DNA of 64,000 nt from Candidatus Geohabitans tengchongensis. Lineage in GTDB: Bacteria > Sysuimicrobiota > Sysuimicrobiia > Sysuimicrobiales > Humicultoraceae. The stretch is taken from NCBI GenBank assembly GCA_031459625.1, contig JAVKIH010000008.1:26030-90029 (forward strand), read 5' to 3'. The position numbers and the translations under genes were made by a program. A model generated the notes under the pieces. It had not been told where the DNA came from, ran no database searches, and saw only the letters and a list, made by a program, of their open reading frames with translations. This document shows, in pieces, positions 38,631 to 48,820 of this stretch. Position 1 is the first letter of the stretch, and every line of letters starts with the position of its first letter.

Positions 38631-40559
38631 ATGAGGGAGGCACGGACGGGCGAGGTGGAGGTGCGGCTCCCGGAGGGCGAGGTGCGCCGGGTCCCGCGGG
38701 GCACGACGCTCTTGAGCCTGGCGGAGGCGCTGGGGCGGAGCGACGCCCTGGTGGCCCGGGTGAACGGCCGGCTCACCGACCTGCGCGCGCCGCTCACCGA
38801 GGACGCCGCGGTCGAGTTCCTCACCTTCGCCGACGCGGAGGGGCGCGAGGTCTACTGGCACTCCTCGGCGCACCTGCTGGCCCAGGCGGTGAAGGAGCTC
38901 TTCCCCCACGCCAGGCTGGCCATCGGGCCCCCCATCGCCGAGGGGTTCTACTACGACATCGACATCGGGCGGCCATTCACGCCCGAGGACCTGGAGCGCA
39001 TCGAGGCGCGCATGCGCGAGCTGGCCGCGCGCGACCAGCCCATCGAGCGGATCGAGCTGCCCCGCGACGAGGCCATCGCCCTCTACACCCGGGCGGGGGA
39101 ACGCTACAAGCTCGAGCTGCTGGACGACATCCCCGACGCCCGTGTCTCCTTCTACCGGCAGGACGGCTTCCTGGACATGTGCCGCGGCCCCCACCTGCCC
39201 AGCACCGGGCGGATCAAGGCCATCAAGCTCCTCTCCACCTCGGGGGCGTACTGGCGGGGCGACGAACGGCGGCCCCAGCTCGCCCGCATCTACGGGGTCA
39301 CCTTCCCGGATGAGGCGCAGCTCGAGGCGCACCTGCGCCTGCTCGAAGAGGCCAAGCGGCGGGACCACCGGCGCCTGGGCCCGCAGCTCGAGCTCTTCCT
39401 CTTCCACGAGACGGCCCCCGGGATCCCCTACTGGCTCCCCCGCGGCCTCAAGGTGCTGCACACGCTGATCGACTTCTGGCGCGCCGAGCACGAGGCCCGC
39501 GGCTACCAGGAGATCCGGGCCCCGCTGATCAACCGCCGCGAGCTCTACGAGATCTCGGGGCACTGGGAGCACTACCGGGAGCACATGTTCATCGCCGACA
39601 TGGGCGAAGGCGAGGTCTACGCCCTCAAGCCGATGAACTGCCCCAACGCCATGGTGGTCTTCCAGAGCCGCACCCGCAGCTACCGCGACCTGCCGCTGCG
39701 GCTGGCCGACACCGACATCCTGCACCGCTACGAGCGCTCCGGCACCCTCACCGGGCTTTTGCGCGTGCGCGGATTCGTGCAGGACGACGCCCACATCTTC
39801 CTCACCGAGGAGCAGATCGCCGACGAGTTCCGGGAGCTGTTCGCGCTGACGGAGCGGTTCTACGCCATCTTCGGCCTGGCATACCACTTCCGGCTGAGCA
39901 CGCGACCGCCGGACTTCATCGGCGACCCGGCGGTGTGGGACCGGGCCGAGGCGGAGCTGCGGCAGATCCTGGAGGCGAGCGGCCGCCCGTTCACCGTCGC
40001 CCCCGAGGGCGTCTTCTACGGCCCCAAGATCGACATCCTCATGCGGGACTCGCTGAACCGCGAGTGGCAGATGGGGACGCTGCAGCTCGACTTCCAGCTC
40101 CCGCGCCGCTTCGGCCTGCGCTACAGCGCGCCGGACGGCAGCGAGCGCACGCCAGTGGTCATCCACCGCGTCATCTACGGGTCGCTGGAGCGGTTCGTGG
40201 GGATTCTCATCGAGCACTTCGCCGGGGCGCTCCCGCTGTGGCTGGCGCCGGAGCAGGTGCGCGTCCTCTCCATCGCCGACCGCCACGCCCCTTACGCCCG
40301 CGAGGTGGCCCAGCGCCTGCGGGCGCAGGGGCTGCGCGTCCAGGTGGACGACACGAACGAGCGCATCGCCTACAAGATCCGCCAGGCGCAGGTGATGAAG
40401 GTCCCGTACATGCTCGTGGTGGGCGACCGGGAGGTGGAGACGGGGCAGGTGGCCGTGCGCCACCGCGAGACGGGCGACCTGGGCCCGATGGACGTGGACG
40501 CCTTCGCCCGGCGCGCCCTGGAGGAGGCCTCGGCTCCCCTCCGCGGCACCTCCTCCTAA
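38631..40559 (+). CDS. thrS: Threonine--tRNA ligase
   Basis: TGS domain, HSSAHLLA, DMCRGPH, RDHRRLG, KPMNCP, GPKID, GSLERF. Confidence 0.97.
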   Translation: MREARTGEVEVRLPEGEVRRVPRGTTLLSLAEALGRSDALVARVNGRLTDLRAPLTEDAAVEFLTFADAEGREVYWHSSAHLLAQAVKELFPHARLAIGPPIAEGFYYDIDIGRPFTPEDLERIEARMRELAARDQPIERIELPRDEAIALYTRAGERYKLELLDDIPDARVSFYRQDGFLDMCRGPHLPSTGRIKAIKLLSTSGAYWRGDERRPQLARIYGVTFPDEAQLEAHLRLLEEAKRRDHRRLGPQLELFLFHETAPGIPYWLPRGLKVLHTLIDFWRAEHEARGYQEIRAPLINRRELYEISGHWEHYREHMFIADMGEGEVYALKPMNCPNAMVVFQSRTRSYRDLPLRLADTDILHRYERSGTLTGLLRVRGFVQDDAHIFLTEEQIADEFRELFALTERFYAIFGLAYHFRLSTRPPDFIGDPAVWDRAEAELRQILEASGRPFTVAPEGVFYGPKIDILMRDSLNREWQMGTLQLDFQLPRRFGLRYSAPDGSERTPVVIHRVIYGSLERFVGILIEHFAGALPLWLAPEQVRVLSIADRHAPYAREVAQRLRAQGLRVQVDDTNERIAYKIRQAQVMKVPYMLVVGDREVETGQVAVRHRETGDLGPMDVDAFARRALEEASAPLRGTSS

Positions 40560-40767
40560 CTGGTCGCGCGTCCCGCCGACCGTTCCCTGGCCCTCAGACG
40601 AAGCGGCGGGCCTCCGTCGCGCTGGCGAGGATCCCCAGGTCTTCCAGACAGGGGATGACGGCCAGACCGAGGATGACGGCCGCGGCCAGCGGACGGGCGT
40701 CCACGCTGCCTCTCTCCCACCACGCCGGCGTCCCCCCGAAAAACCACGAACCGTGCCGATTCCTTGA

Positions 40768-43317
40768 GTGTGGGAGATCCTGTGGAACCGTCCGCTCGTC
40801 TGGGCCGCCGTCACCTTTGCTGCCGGCGTCCTCTGGGCCGAGCACCGCCCGTTGCCGGGCCCCCTCCTCGTCCTCAGTGCGCTCGCTGCCGGTACGGCGT
40901 GGGGGGTGCTCCTCTGGCAGCAGCGGGGTGACTCCACCTCGCGATCGCCGCCCGCAGGGCCCTTCGGCCTGGCTGCGGTCGTCTTCGCCCTCCTCGGCCA
41001 CCTGACAGCGCTCACCGACCCCGTCCGCACTGAGGCCAAGGCGGTCGCACCCTGGCTCGGTCGCCGCGTCCAGGTCGAGGCCCTCGTCGCCGCCGCCCCG
41101 GAGTGGCACGGCCGCCGCCAGTCCGTTCACCTGCGGCTGCGACGGCTGGCTGGTCGGCCGATGGCGGCCACGGTGGTGGCAACCCTGCCCGCCGGCGCAC
41201 CTGCGGTCGCCTACGGGGACGTGGTGGCCCTCCATGGGCGGCTGGAGCTGCCGCCGGACGGCGGGAATCCGGGAGAACCCAACCGGCGGCTGGCTCTCCG
41301 GCGCCGCGGGGTCGTGGCGGTGCTCCGTGCTTCGGGCGGGACGGCGCTCCGCATCGTCCGGCGAAGCGAGGGCCGTGCGCCCGTCCGCTGGATCCTGGCC
41401 TGGCGCGACCGCATCGTGCGCCCTCTCCTGGCGCTCCCCGAGCCCTACGGGCGCGTGCTCGCCGGGCTGCTGCTGGGGGCTTCGGTCGGCATTCCCCCGG
41501 AGGTCGAGGAGGCCTTTCAGCGTGCCGGCCTGCTGCACGTGCTGGTCGTCTCGGGGACGCAGGTGGGCCTCGTCGGCGCGGCGGCGCTGGCCGTGGCGGG
41601 CGCGATGCGTCTGGGTGTGACGGCGCGTGTTGCGGTGGCGGCGCTGGCGGTCCTGGTCTTCGCCACCATGGTCGGCTGGAGCGCTTCGGTCGGGCGGGCG
41701 GCGGTCATGGCGTGGCTCGCCCTCGCCGCGCTGGCCCTGCGGCGGCAGACCGACTGGCCGAGCGCGCTGGCGGCTGCGGCCCTGATCTGGCTGGCGGCCT
41801 CGCCGCAGGCGCTCTTCAGCCTGAGCTTCCAGCTCTCGTTCGCGGCCACGTGGGGGTTGCTGGCGCTGGCGCCGCTCCTGACCCTTCCCCTGCGGCCCCG
41901 CTGGCTGGCCCACCTGGCGGCCGCCACGCTGGGGGCCCAGGTGGCGGTGCTCCCGCTGCTGGCGGCGGCCTTCCAGTGGGTGTCGTTGGCGGCGTTCCCC
42001 GCCAACCTGCTGGTCCTACCAATGGTCACCGTGCTCGTCCCGGCGGGGTTTGCGCTCACGGTGCTGGCCGGCCTCCTGCCGCCGCTTGCCGCCCTGCTCG
42101 TGCCGGCCTTCCTGCCGCCGGTCTGGCTGGTCGTCCACCTGGCCCGGTTCTTCGCTCGGGCCCCGGGCAGTGAGGTGTGGTTGCCGCCGGTGGCCTGGTG
42201 GCAGGCCGCGCTGGCCTATGCGGTGCTGCTCGCCGTGCCCGCGCTCCACCGGGCAAGGCCCCTTCGCCCGATCGTCGCGGTCGCCGGTGCGGCCGCGCTC
42301 CTGCTCGGGGCGGTGCCGGTCCCGGCGGCCGGCCCCCCGACCATGCTCCTGGCGGTGCTGGACGTGGGGCAGGGCGACGCCATCCTGCTGCGCGGGCCCG
42401 GGGGGCGGTCGGTGCTGGTGGACGGCGGGGGAGAGGTGGAGTACGGCGACGCCCAGCGCGGTGCCGACGCCCCGCCGGGGTTGATGGACCGGGTGGCAGC
42501 GAACGCCGTGCCGGTGACCGCCTCGCGCTTCGACGTCGGGCGGCGCCGCGTCATCCCTGCGCTGCGGCACCTGGGCGTGCGCCGGCTCGACGCCGTCGTC
42601 CTCACCCATGCGCACGAGGACCACGTGGGCGGTCTGCCGGCCGTGCTGGCGCACTTCCCCGTCGGCGTCTTCCTCGACCCCGGAGTGCCGCACCCGAGCC
42701 CCTCCTACGTGCGCGTCCTCGACCTGGTCCGCGAGCGGCGCGTCGCCTATGTGACGGCGCGGCGCGGGCACCGGCTCCTCCTCGGGGAGGGGGCGGAGGC
42801 CGAGGTCCTGTGGCCGCCCGCGGGGTTCGTGGAGCAGCACCGCAGCGCCACCGGCGCCGGGCCAGGCGCGGACGAGGACCTGACCAATGCGGCGTCGGTG
42901 GTGCTGCAGGTGCGGTTCGCCGCCTTCACGGCCCTGCTCACCGGGGATATCGAGGCGGAGACCGAGGAGGCGCTGGTGCGCCTGGGGCTGGTCCCCAGCC
43001 TCGTGTTGAAGGTGGCCCACCACGGCAGCCGCACCTCCACGACCCCCGGGCTGCTCACCGCCGTGCGCCCCCGCGTGGCCGTGATCTCCGTGGGCGCGGA
43101 CAACCTCTTCGGCCACCCGCACCCCTCGGTGGTGCGCCGCCTGGAGGACGCCGGCGTGGCCACCTATCGCACCGACCTGGACGGGGCGGTGCTGCTGCGC
43201 AGCGACGGCGCCCGGGTGTGGGTGGGGACGGTGCGGCGTCGGGCGGGGTGCGTGCGCTACACTGGGCGGGGCGTATGCGCGGGCTCGTCGACCGGATCGA
43301 GGATGGGGTCGCCGTGA
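40768..43317 (+). CDS. comEC: Competence protein ComEC/Rec2
   Basis: GLLHVLVVSG, SFQLSF, DVGQGDA, THAHEDHVGG, LTGDIE, KVAHHGS, NLFGHPH. Confidence 0.93.
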   Translation: MWEILWNRPLVWAAVTFAAGVLWAEHRPLPGPLLVLSALAAGTAWGVLLWQQRGDSTSRSPPAGPFGLAAVVFALLGHLTALTDPVRTEAKAVAPWLGRRVQVEALVAAAPEWHGRRQSVHLRLRRLAGRPMAATVVATLPAGAPAVAYGDVVALHGRLELPPDGGNPGEPNRRLALRRRGVVAVLRASGGTALRIVRRSEGRAPVRWILAWRDRIVRPLLALPEPYGRVLAGLLLGASVGIPPEVEEAFQRAGLLHVLVVSGTQVGLVGAAALAVAGAMRLGVTARVAVAALAVLVFATMVGWSASVGRAAVMAWLALAALALRRQTDWPSALAAAALIWLAASPQALFSLSFQLSFAATWGLLALAPLLTLPLRPRWLAHLAAATLGAQVAVLPLLAAAFQWVSLAAFPANLLVLPMVTVLVPAGFALTVLAGLLPPLAALLVPAFLPPVWLVVHLARFFARAPGSEVWLPPVAWWQAALAYAVLLAVPALHRARPLRPIVAVAGAAALLLGAVPVPAAGPPTMLLAVLDVGQGDAILLRGPGGRSVLVDGGGEVEYGDAQRGADAPPGLMDRVAANAVPVTASRFDVGRRRVIPALRHLGVRRLDAVVLTHAHEDHVGGLPAVLAHFPVGVFLDPGVPHPSPSYVRVLDLVRERRVAYVTARRGHRLLLGEGAEAEVLWPPAGFVEQHRSATGAGPGADEDLTNAASVVLQVRFAAFTALLTGDIEAETEEALVRLGLVPSLVLKVAHHGSRTSTTPGLLTAVRPRVAVISVGADNLFGHPHPSVVRRLEDAGVATYRTDLDGAVLLRSDGARVWVGTVRRRAGCVRYTGRGVCAGSSTGSRMGSP

Positions 43318-43481
43318 TCCTCCTGGAGGGCGGGGGACGGGCCTACGTCCCCGCCACGCACCTCCCCGCCGGCGCGGGTGTCGGGACGGTCCTGCGGCTG
43401 CACTGGGAGGTCGAGGGGGTCGCGGACGCCGCGGAGGTGGCGGCACGCATCGAGGCGCTGCGCCGGGAGGAGCACTGGTGA
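43275..43481 (+). CDS. DUF3006 domain protein
   Basis: MRGLVDRIEDGVAVILLE....VP...LP.GA..GTVL; downstream of comEC. Confidence 0.75.
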   Translation: MRGLVDRIEDGVAVILLEGGGRAYVPATHLPAGAGVGTVLRLHWEVEGVADAAEVAARIEALRREEHW

Positions 43482-44491
43482 CCGGCTCGGGCACGCCCCC
43501 GACCGGCCGGGCGGCACCGTCGCCCGCCCCGGGGGTGCACCTCTTCGTGGGCGAGGAGGACCTGCTCGTCGAGGAGGGGGTGCGGGCGCTGGTGGACGCG
43601 GCGCTCCCCCCCGACGAGCGCGCGCTCAACCTCGACGTCCTCGAGGCCGCGGAGACCCCCCTGCCCGACCTCCTGGCCCGGCTCGACACCCTGCCGTTCT
43701 TCGGCGCCCTGCGCGTGGTCGTGGTCCGCGACCTCGACGCCATGCCGCTCGACGCGCAGCGGACGCTGGCCGACTACCTGGAGCGCGGCACCCCGCCGGT
43801 GCTCGCCATCTTCACGGCCCGCGCCCTGGACCGGGGCGGCCGGCTCTTCAGGGCGCTGCAGGCGGTCGGGCGGATCCATGCCTGCGATCCGCTCACCTGG
43901 CGGGAGCTCCCCGCCTGGCTCAGGAGCGAGGCCGCACGGTTGGGGAAGCGGCTCACGCCCGGGGCCGTGGAAGCGCTGGCGGCGGGCGCCGGCGCCGGGC
44001 TGCGGGCCCTGCGGCTGGAGCTGGAAAAGCTGGCGGCGTACGTCGATGCCCGGGCCCAGATCACCGAGGAGGACGTGCGGGCGGTGGGGGCGCTGGAGAG
44101 CGACCCGCGGCTGTTCGCCCTCGCCGACGCCATCGGGGAACGGCACGTCGGGCGGGCCACCCAGCTGCTGCAGAGCATCCTGGCGCGCGAGCACCCGCTG
44201 CCGGTCCTGGGGATGATCGCCCGCCAGTTCCGCCTGCTGGTGCGCGCCCGGGAGGCGGGGCGCAGCCAGGCGGCCGTAGCCAGGGCGGCGGGCGTCACGC
44301 CGTATGTCGCCGGCAAGTTGCTGCGGCAGGTGACCCGCTATCGAGCCGAAGACTTCCCCGCGATCTTCGCCCTGCTGGAAGAGGCCGACCGGGCTATCAA
44401 GTCGACGGGCCAGCCGGAGCTGGCCCTGGAGACGCTGGTCGTGCAGCTGTGCGCCGGCCCCGGGCGCCGGGGCGACACGGGCGCAGGTTGA
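43478..44491 (+). CDS. holA: DNA polymerase III delta subunit
   Basis: LFVGEE, TLPFFG..RVVVV, ELEKL, LFALADAI, IARQFRLL; comEC-holA-rpsT synteny. Confidence 0.92.
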   Translation: MTGSGTPPTGRAAPSPAPGVHLFVGEEDLLVEEGVRALVDAALPPDERALNLDVLEAAETPLPDLLARLDTLPFFGALRVVVVRDLDAMPLDAQRTLADYLERGTPPVLAIFTARALDRGGRLFRALQAVGRIHACDPLTWRELPAWLRSEAARLGKRLTPGAVEALAAGAGAGLRALRLELEKLAAYVDARAQITEEDVRAVGALESDPRLFALADAIGERHVGRATQLLQSILAREHPLPVLGMIARQFRLLVRAREAGRSQAAVARAAGVTPYVAGKLLRQVTRYRAEDFPAIFALLEEADRAIKSTGQPELALETLVVQLCAGPGRRGDTGAG

Positions 44492-44539
44492 GCGGCCGGG
44501 ATCCGGAGCGGCCGGCCTCCGCGGGTCGGCAGCGCGGGG

Positions 44540-44809
44540 TCAGGACGCAGAGGCGGCGGTGGCGGCGGCCAGGGCCTCGCGGTGGCGCCGCACCAGTCGG
44601 GCCTTGCGGCGGGCGGCGGTGTTCTTGTGGATGATCCCGCGCGCCGCCGCCTTGTCGATGGCCTTGATCGCCAGCAAGAGCGCCTCCGTATCCCCGGCGC
44701 GCGCCCTGCGGGAGAGCGTCTTGATGCGCGAGCGGACGGCGCGGTTGTGCTCGGCGCGCCGCAGCGACTGCCGGAGCCGCTTGAGACCTGACTTGATGCG
44801 CTTGGCCAC
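44540..44809 (-). CDS. rpsT: 30S ribosomal protein S20
   Basis: AKRIKSGLKR..Q....N....SRIKT; IDKAAARGIIHKNTAARRKARL. Confidence 0.95.
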   Translation of the reverse strand: MAKRIKSGLKRLRQSLRRAEHNRAVRSRIKTLSRRARAGDTEALLLAIKAIDKAAARGIIHKNTAARRKARLVRRHREALAAATAASAS

Positions 44810-44920
44810 CGTACACCTCACTGCCATGTCGGGGTTGCGTTCAGCGCATTGTACCATCGCCCCCGCCCGAGTAGCCACCGCCCCCGCCCGTGCAGCCACC
44901 TGGGGGCGGCGGACGCCGCG

Positions 44921-46567
44921 GTGACCCCCGTCCCCGCCCCACCGGCCAGGGCCCCGTCGGCCACCGGGCACCGCCTGGCCCGGGCCGCCGTCCTCCTGGC
45001 CGTGGCCACGGTGTTGAGCCGCCTGCTCGGGCTCGTCCGCGAGATCGTCACCGCCGCCCTGTTCGGGGCCTCCAACGCCAAGGCCGCCTACGTCATCGGC
45101 TACTACCTCCCGTTCTTCATCCAGCGGCTGCTCCTGGGCGGCACGCTGAGCATCGTCTTCATCCCGACCATCACCGAGTACCTGGCCCGCGGCGACCGGC
45201 GGGAGACGGTGCGGGTAACCGCCATCCTCTTCAACCTGGTCCTCCTCCTGGGCGTGGGGATGGTGCTGGCGGGCCAGGTCCTCGCTCCGCTCCTGGTGCC
45301 GGTGGCGGCCCCGGGCTTCCACGCCCAGCCGGGGCTCGTGCCGCTGGCGGTGGCGCTGATGCGCATCATCTTCGTGGCCATGCTCTTCCTGGCGCTGGCG
45401 GTCTTCGCCACCGGCTTCCTGCAGGCGCACCAGCGCTTCACCGTGCCGGCGCTGGCGCCGCTCCTCTTCAACGTGGTGATCATCCTGGGGACGCTGTGGC
45501 TGGGGCCGCGCGTGGGCATCCACGGCCTGGCCGTGGCCTGGGTGCTCGGGACGGCGGCGCAGTTCCTCGTCCAGCTGCCGGCCATGGCGCGGAGCGGCTT
45601 TCGCTGGCTGCCGCTCCTGGACCTGCGCCACCCGGCGGTGCGCCAGCTGGGGCGGCTGGCCGCCCCGGCGATGCTGGGGCTGGCCATCGTGGAGATCAAC
45701 GCCTACGTGGCCCGCTTCTTCGCCTCCTTCCTGCCGGTGCAACCCGGCGTGAACGCCGTGGCCGTCCTCGACTACGCCTACGAGGTGATGCAGGCGCCGG
45801 TGGGTATCATCGCCATCTCCATCGCCACCGCCCTCTTCCCCACGCTGGCCCGCCAGGCGGCGGCCCGGGACCGCGGGGCCCTGGCCGCCACCACGGCGCT
45901 GGGGCTGCGGATGACGCTCCTCCTCATGCTCCCGGTGGCCGCGCTCCTCCTGGCGCTGGCGCCCCAGGTGGTGCGGGTGCTCTTCGAGCGCGGCGAGTTC
46001 ACCCCGGCGGCTACCGCGGCGGTGGCGGCGGCCCTGCGCGGCTACGCCGTCGGCATGAGCGCCGTCGGCGCCTACTACGTCGTCACGCGCGCCTTCTACG
46101 CCCTGCACGACATGGCCACCCCGGTGCGGGTGGGCGCGCTGGCCGTCCTCCTCAACGCCGTCCTGAACGCGGGGCTCATGCGGGTGCTGGGCGCCACGGG
46201 GATCGCGCTAGCGGCGTCCCTGGTGAACCTGACCAACGTGGGGCTGCTGCTGTGGCTGCTGCGCGCGCGCCTGGGGGCGCTGGAGGGGCGGCGCACCGCC
46301 TCGAGCCTGCTGCGCGGCGCGGGGGCGGCGGCGGCGGCGGCCCTGCTGGCCGCGGCGGTGGCGGTCGCGGCGGACGGCCCGGCGGGAGAGGGCCCGGCCG
46401 GAGCGCTGCTGGTCCTGGCGGCCTCCGGTGGGGTGGGGGTGGTCGCCTACCTCGGGGCGGCCTGGCTGCTGCGCCTAGAGGAGCTGCGCCAGGTGCCCGC
46501 GCTGCTGCGGGGCGCGCGCCCGGGCCGTCTGGAGGCGCGTTTGACAGGGAATTCGGACGTTTGCTAG
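44921..46567 (+). CDS. murJ: Lipid II flippase MurJ/MviN
   Basis: LSRLLGLVRE, FIP, ATALFPTL, LFERGEF, RAFYALHD..TPV. Confidence 0.93.
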   Translation: MTPVPAPPARAPSATGHRLARAAVLLAVATVLSRLLGLVREIVTAALFGASNAKAAYVIGYYLPFFIQRLLLGGTLSIVFIPTITEYLARGDRRETVRVTAILFNLVLLLGVGMVLAGQVLAPLLVPVAAPGFHAQPGLVPLAVALMRIIFVAMLFLALAVFATGFLQAHQRFTVPALAPLLFNVVIILGTLWLGPRVGIHGLAVAWVLGTAAQFLVQLPAMARSGFRWLPLLDLRHPAVRQLGRLAAPAMLGLAIVEINAYVARFFASFLPVQPGVNAVAVLDYAYEVMQAPVGIIAISIATALFPTLARQAAARDRGALAATTALGLRMTLLLMLPVAALLLALAPQVVRVLFERGEFTPAATAAVAAALRGYAVGMSAVGAYYVVTRAFYALHDMATPVRVGALAVLLNAVLNAGLMRVLGATGIALAASLVNLTNVGLLLWLLRARLGALEGRRTASSLLRGAGAAAAAALLAAAVAVAADGPAGEGPAGALLVLAASGGVGVVAYLGAAWLLRLEELRQVPALLRGARPGRLEARLTGNSDVC

Positions 46568-46606
46568 GGTGGGAGCGGGTTAGCACTCAACAAGGGAGAG
46601 TGCTAA
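46541..46606 (+). promoter_or_regulatory. hrcA promoter and CIRCE element
   Basis: TTGACA (46541), TGcTAGGGT extended -10; perfect CIRCE TTAGCACTC-N9-GAGTGCTAA at 46580-46606. Confidence 0.95.
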
Positions 46607-46608
46607 CG

Positions 46609-47643
46609 ATGATGCCGGCGCTCGACGACCGCAAGCGGCGCATCCTCCAGGCCGTGGTCCGCGAGTACATCCACTCCGCCGAGCCGGTCTCGTCCGAGGT
46701 AGTGTTGCGCCGTACCAACCTGCCGGTGAGCCCGGCCACGGTCCGCAACGAGATGGCTGCGCTGGAAGAGCTGGGGTACCTGCAGCAGCCCCACACCTCC
46801 GCCGGCCGCATCCCCACCGACCGGGCCTACCGCCTCTACATCGAGGCCCTCCTGGAGGAGGCGGAGCTGCGGCCGGAGGAGCGGCAGCGGCTGCGCCGGC
46901 AGCTGCGGGCGCTGGCCGAGGAGGCTGACCGGTTGATCCAGCGCGCCGCGCGGGCGCTGGCCGAGGAAGCCCACTACGCCTCCCTGGCCGCCACTCCGCG
47001 GCGGGGTGAGCAGGTCTTCCGTCACCTGCACCTGGTGCCGCTGGAGCGCGCGCGGGTCCTGCCCGTCCTGATCACCGACGCCGGCACCTACCAGGGCTAC
47101 CCGGTGGACCTGGGGGAGCCGGTCGACCCCGACCAGGTCGAGCAGTTCTCCCGCTGGCTGAGTGCCCGCCTGGCCGGGCTGACGCTCGGAGAGCTCACCC
47201 GCGACCGGCTGTGGGCGACCATCGGTGCGGTGGCGCACTTCCAGCGCCTGCTCGAGCAGCTGCGCCGGTGGCTCGACCGGGGGGTGCGCCGCCGGGTCGG
47301 ACGAGTGATCGTGGAGGGGGCCCCGCACCTGCTGGAGCAGCCGGAGTTCCGGCAGATCGACGCGGCTTCGGCGGTGCTGGCGGCCCTCGAGCGGGAGGAG
47401 GTGCTGCTGGAGCTGCTGCGTCCCGCGGCCGGTCACCGGGTGTGGGTGGCCATCGGCAGCGAGCTCCCCTTCCCGGCGATGCGGGAGTGCAGCATCGTGG
47501 CCGCCACCTACTCGGTGGGAGACCGGGTGGCGGGGACGCTGGCCCTGCTCGGCCCGCGCCGCATGCACTACGACCGGACCCTGCCGCTGGTGCGCTTCCT
47601 CGCGGACTCCCTCAGCGAGGCCTTGACGGACCTGGGGGGCTGA
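46609..47643 (+). CDS. hrcA: Heat-inducible transcription repressor HrcA
   Basis: ILQAVVREYI..AEPVSS, SPATVRNEMA.LE, QPHTSAGRIPTD, LGPRRMHY. Confidence 0.95.
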   Translation: MMPALDDRKRRILQAVVREYIHSAEPVSSEVVLRRTNLPVSPATVRNEMAALEELGYLQQPHTSAGRIPTDRAYRLYIEALLEEAELRPEERQRLRRQLRALAEEADRLIQRAARALAEEAHYASLAATPRRGEQVFRHLHLVPLERARVLPVLITDAGTYQGYPVDLGEPVDPDQVEQFSRWLSARLAGLTLGELTRDRLWATIGAVAHFQRLLEQLRRWLDRGVRRRVGRVIVEGAPHLLEQPEFRQIDAASAVLAALEREEVLLELLRPAAGHRVWVAIGSELPFPAMRECSIVAATYSVGDRVAGTLALLGPRRMHYDRTLPLVRFLADSLSEALTDLGG

Positions 47644-47695
47644 CGTACTCAGAGGGCCGAAGCGCGGGGCCCCGTCCCGCGCCCCGCCCACGGCC

Positions 47696-48820
47696 ATGGC
47701 GAAGGACTACTACGCGACCCTGGGCATCCGCCGCGACGCCTCGCAGGAGGAGATCAAGCAGGCCTACCGCCGCCTGGCGCGCGAGTACCACCCCGACGTG
47801 CGCCGGGACGACCCCCAGGCCAACGAGCGCTTCAAGGAGATCAACGAAGCCTACGCCGTCCTCAGCGACCCGGCGCGGCGGGCGCAGTACGACCGCTTCG
47901 GCCGGGTGGACGAGGTGCCGGCCGTCGACCCCACCGACCTCTTCGGCTCCTTCGACGACCTCTTCGACATGTTCTTCGGCGGCGGGCCGCGGCGGACCCG
48001 GACGCGCGTGCGCCCGGTCGAGGAGGAGGAGGCGGTCGCCGGCGCGGACCTGCGGGCGGAGGTGGAGGTCACCCTCGAGGAGGCCGCCAGCGGGGTGGAG
48101 AGAACCCTCACCCTCACCCGCCTGGAGACCTGCCCCGTCTGCTTCGGCACCGGCCGCGAGCCCAACACCAGCGTGGAGACCTGTCCCACCTGCGCGGGGA
48201 CGGGACAGGTGCGCTACCACCACCAGACGGTCTTCGGCTACCTGACCCAGGTCGTCACCTGCCGGCAGTGCGGCGGGCGGGGCCGGGTGGTGCGGCACCC
48301 CTGCCGCGCCTGCGGCGGCGCCGGGCGGCGCGAGGCGGAGCGCCAGGTGACCGTCCGCATCCCGCCGGGAGTGGAGACGGGCACCCGCCTGCGCGTCCCG
48401 GAGGAGGGGGAGGCGGGCGTGCGCGGGGGCCCGCGCGGGGACCTCTACGTGGTGGTCCGCGTGCTGCCGCACCCGCGCTTCACCCGGCAGGGGCGCGACC
48501 TGATCTGTGAGGTCCCGGTCTCCATGCTGCAGGCGGCCCTGGGGGACGAGATCGAGATCCCGGCGCTGGGCGAGACGCTACGCATCGCCATCCCGCCGGG
48601 GACGCAGCCCGGCGCCGCGCTGCGCCTGCGGGGGCAGGGGATGCCCGACCTGCAGGGCGGCCGGGGGGACCTGTACGTGCGCCTGCGCGTGGAGATCCCG
48701 CGGGACCTCACGCCGGAGCAGCGCCGGCTGCTGAAGCAGGTGGCGGACCTGCGCGGCGAGCGGGTCCAGCCCCAGCGCCCCTCTCTATGGAAGAAAATGA
48801 AGGACCTCTTCACGGCCTGA
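47696..48820 (+). CDS. dnaJ: Chaperone DnaJ
   Basis: J domain with HPD; four CxxCxGxG repeats; GDLYV. Confidence 0.96.
   Translation: MAKDYYATLGIRRDASQEEIKQAYRRLAREYHPDVRRDDPQANERFKEINEAYAVLSDPARRAQYDRFGRVDEVPAVDPTDLFGSFDDLFDMFFGGGPRRTRTRVRPVEEEEAVAGADLRAEVEVTLEEAASGVERTLTLTRLETCPVCFGTGREPNTSVETCPTCAGTGQVRYHHQTVFGYLTQVVTCRQCGGRGRVVRHPCRACGGAGRREAERQVTVRIPPGVETGTRLRVPEEGEAGVRGGPRGDLYVVVRVLPHPRFTRQGRDLICEVPVSMLQAALGDEIEIPALGETLRIAIPPGTQPGAALRLRGQGMPDLQGGRGDLYVRLRVEIPRDLTPEQRRLLKQVADLRGERVQPQRPSLWKKMKDLFTA

Noticed and set aside
40594..40760. Minus-strand stretch between thrS and comEC reading like a membrane-protein C-terminus
   Set aside because: No credible start and no family signature.
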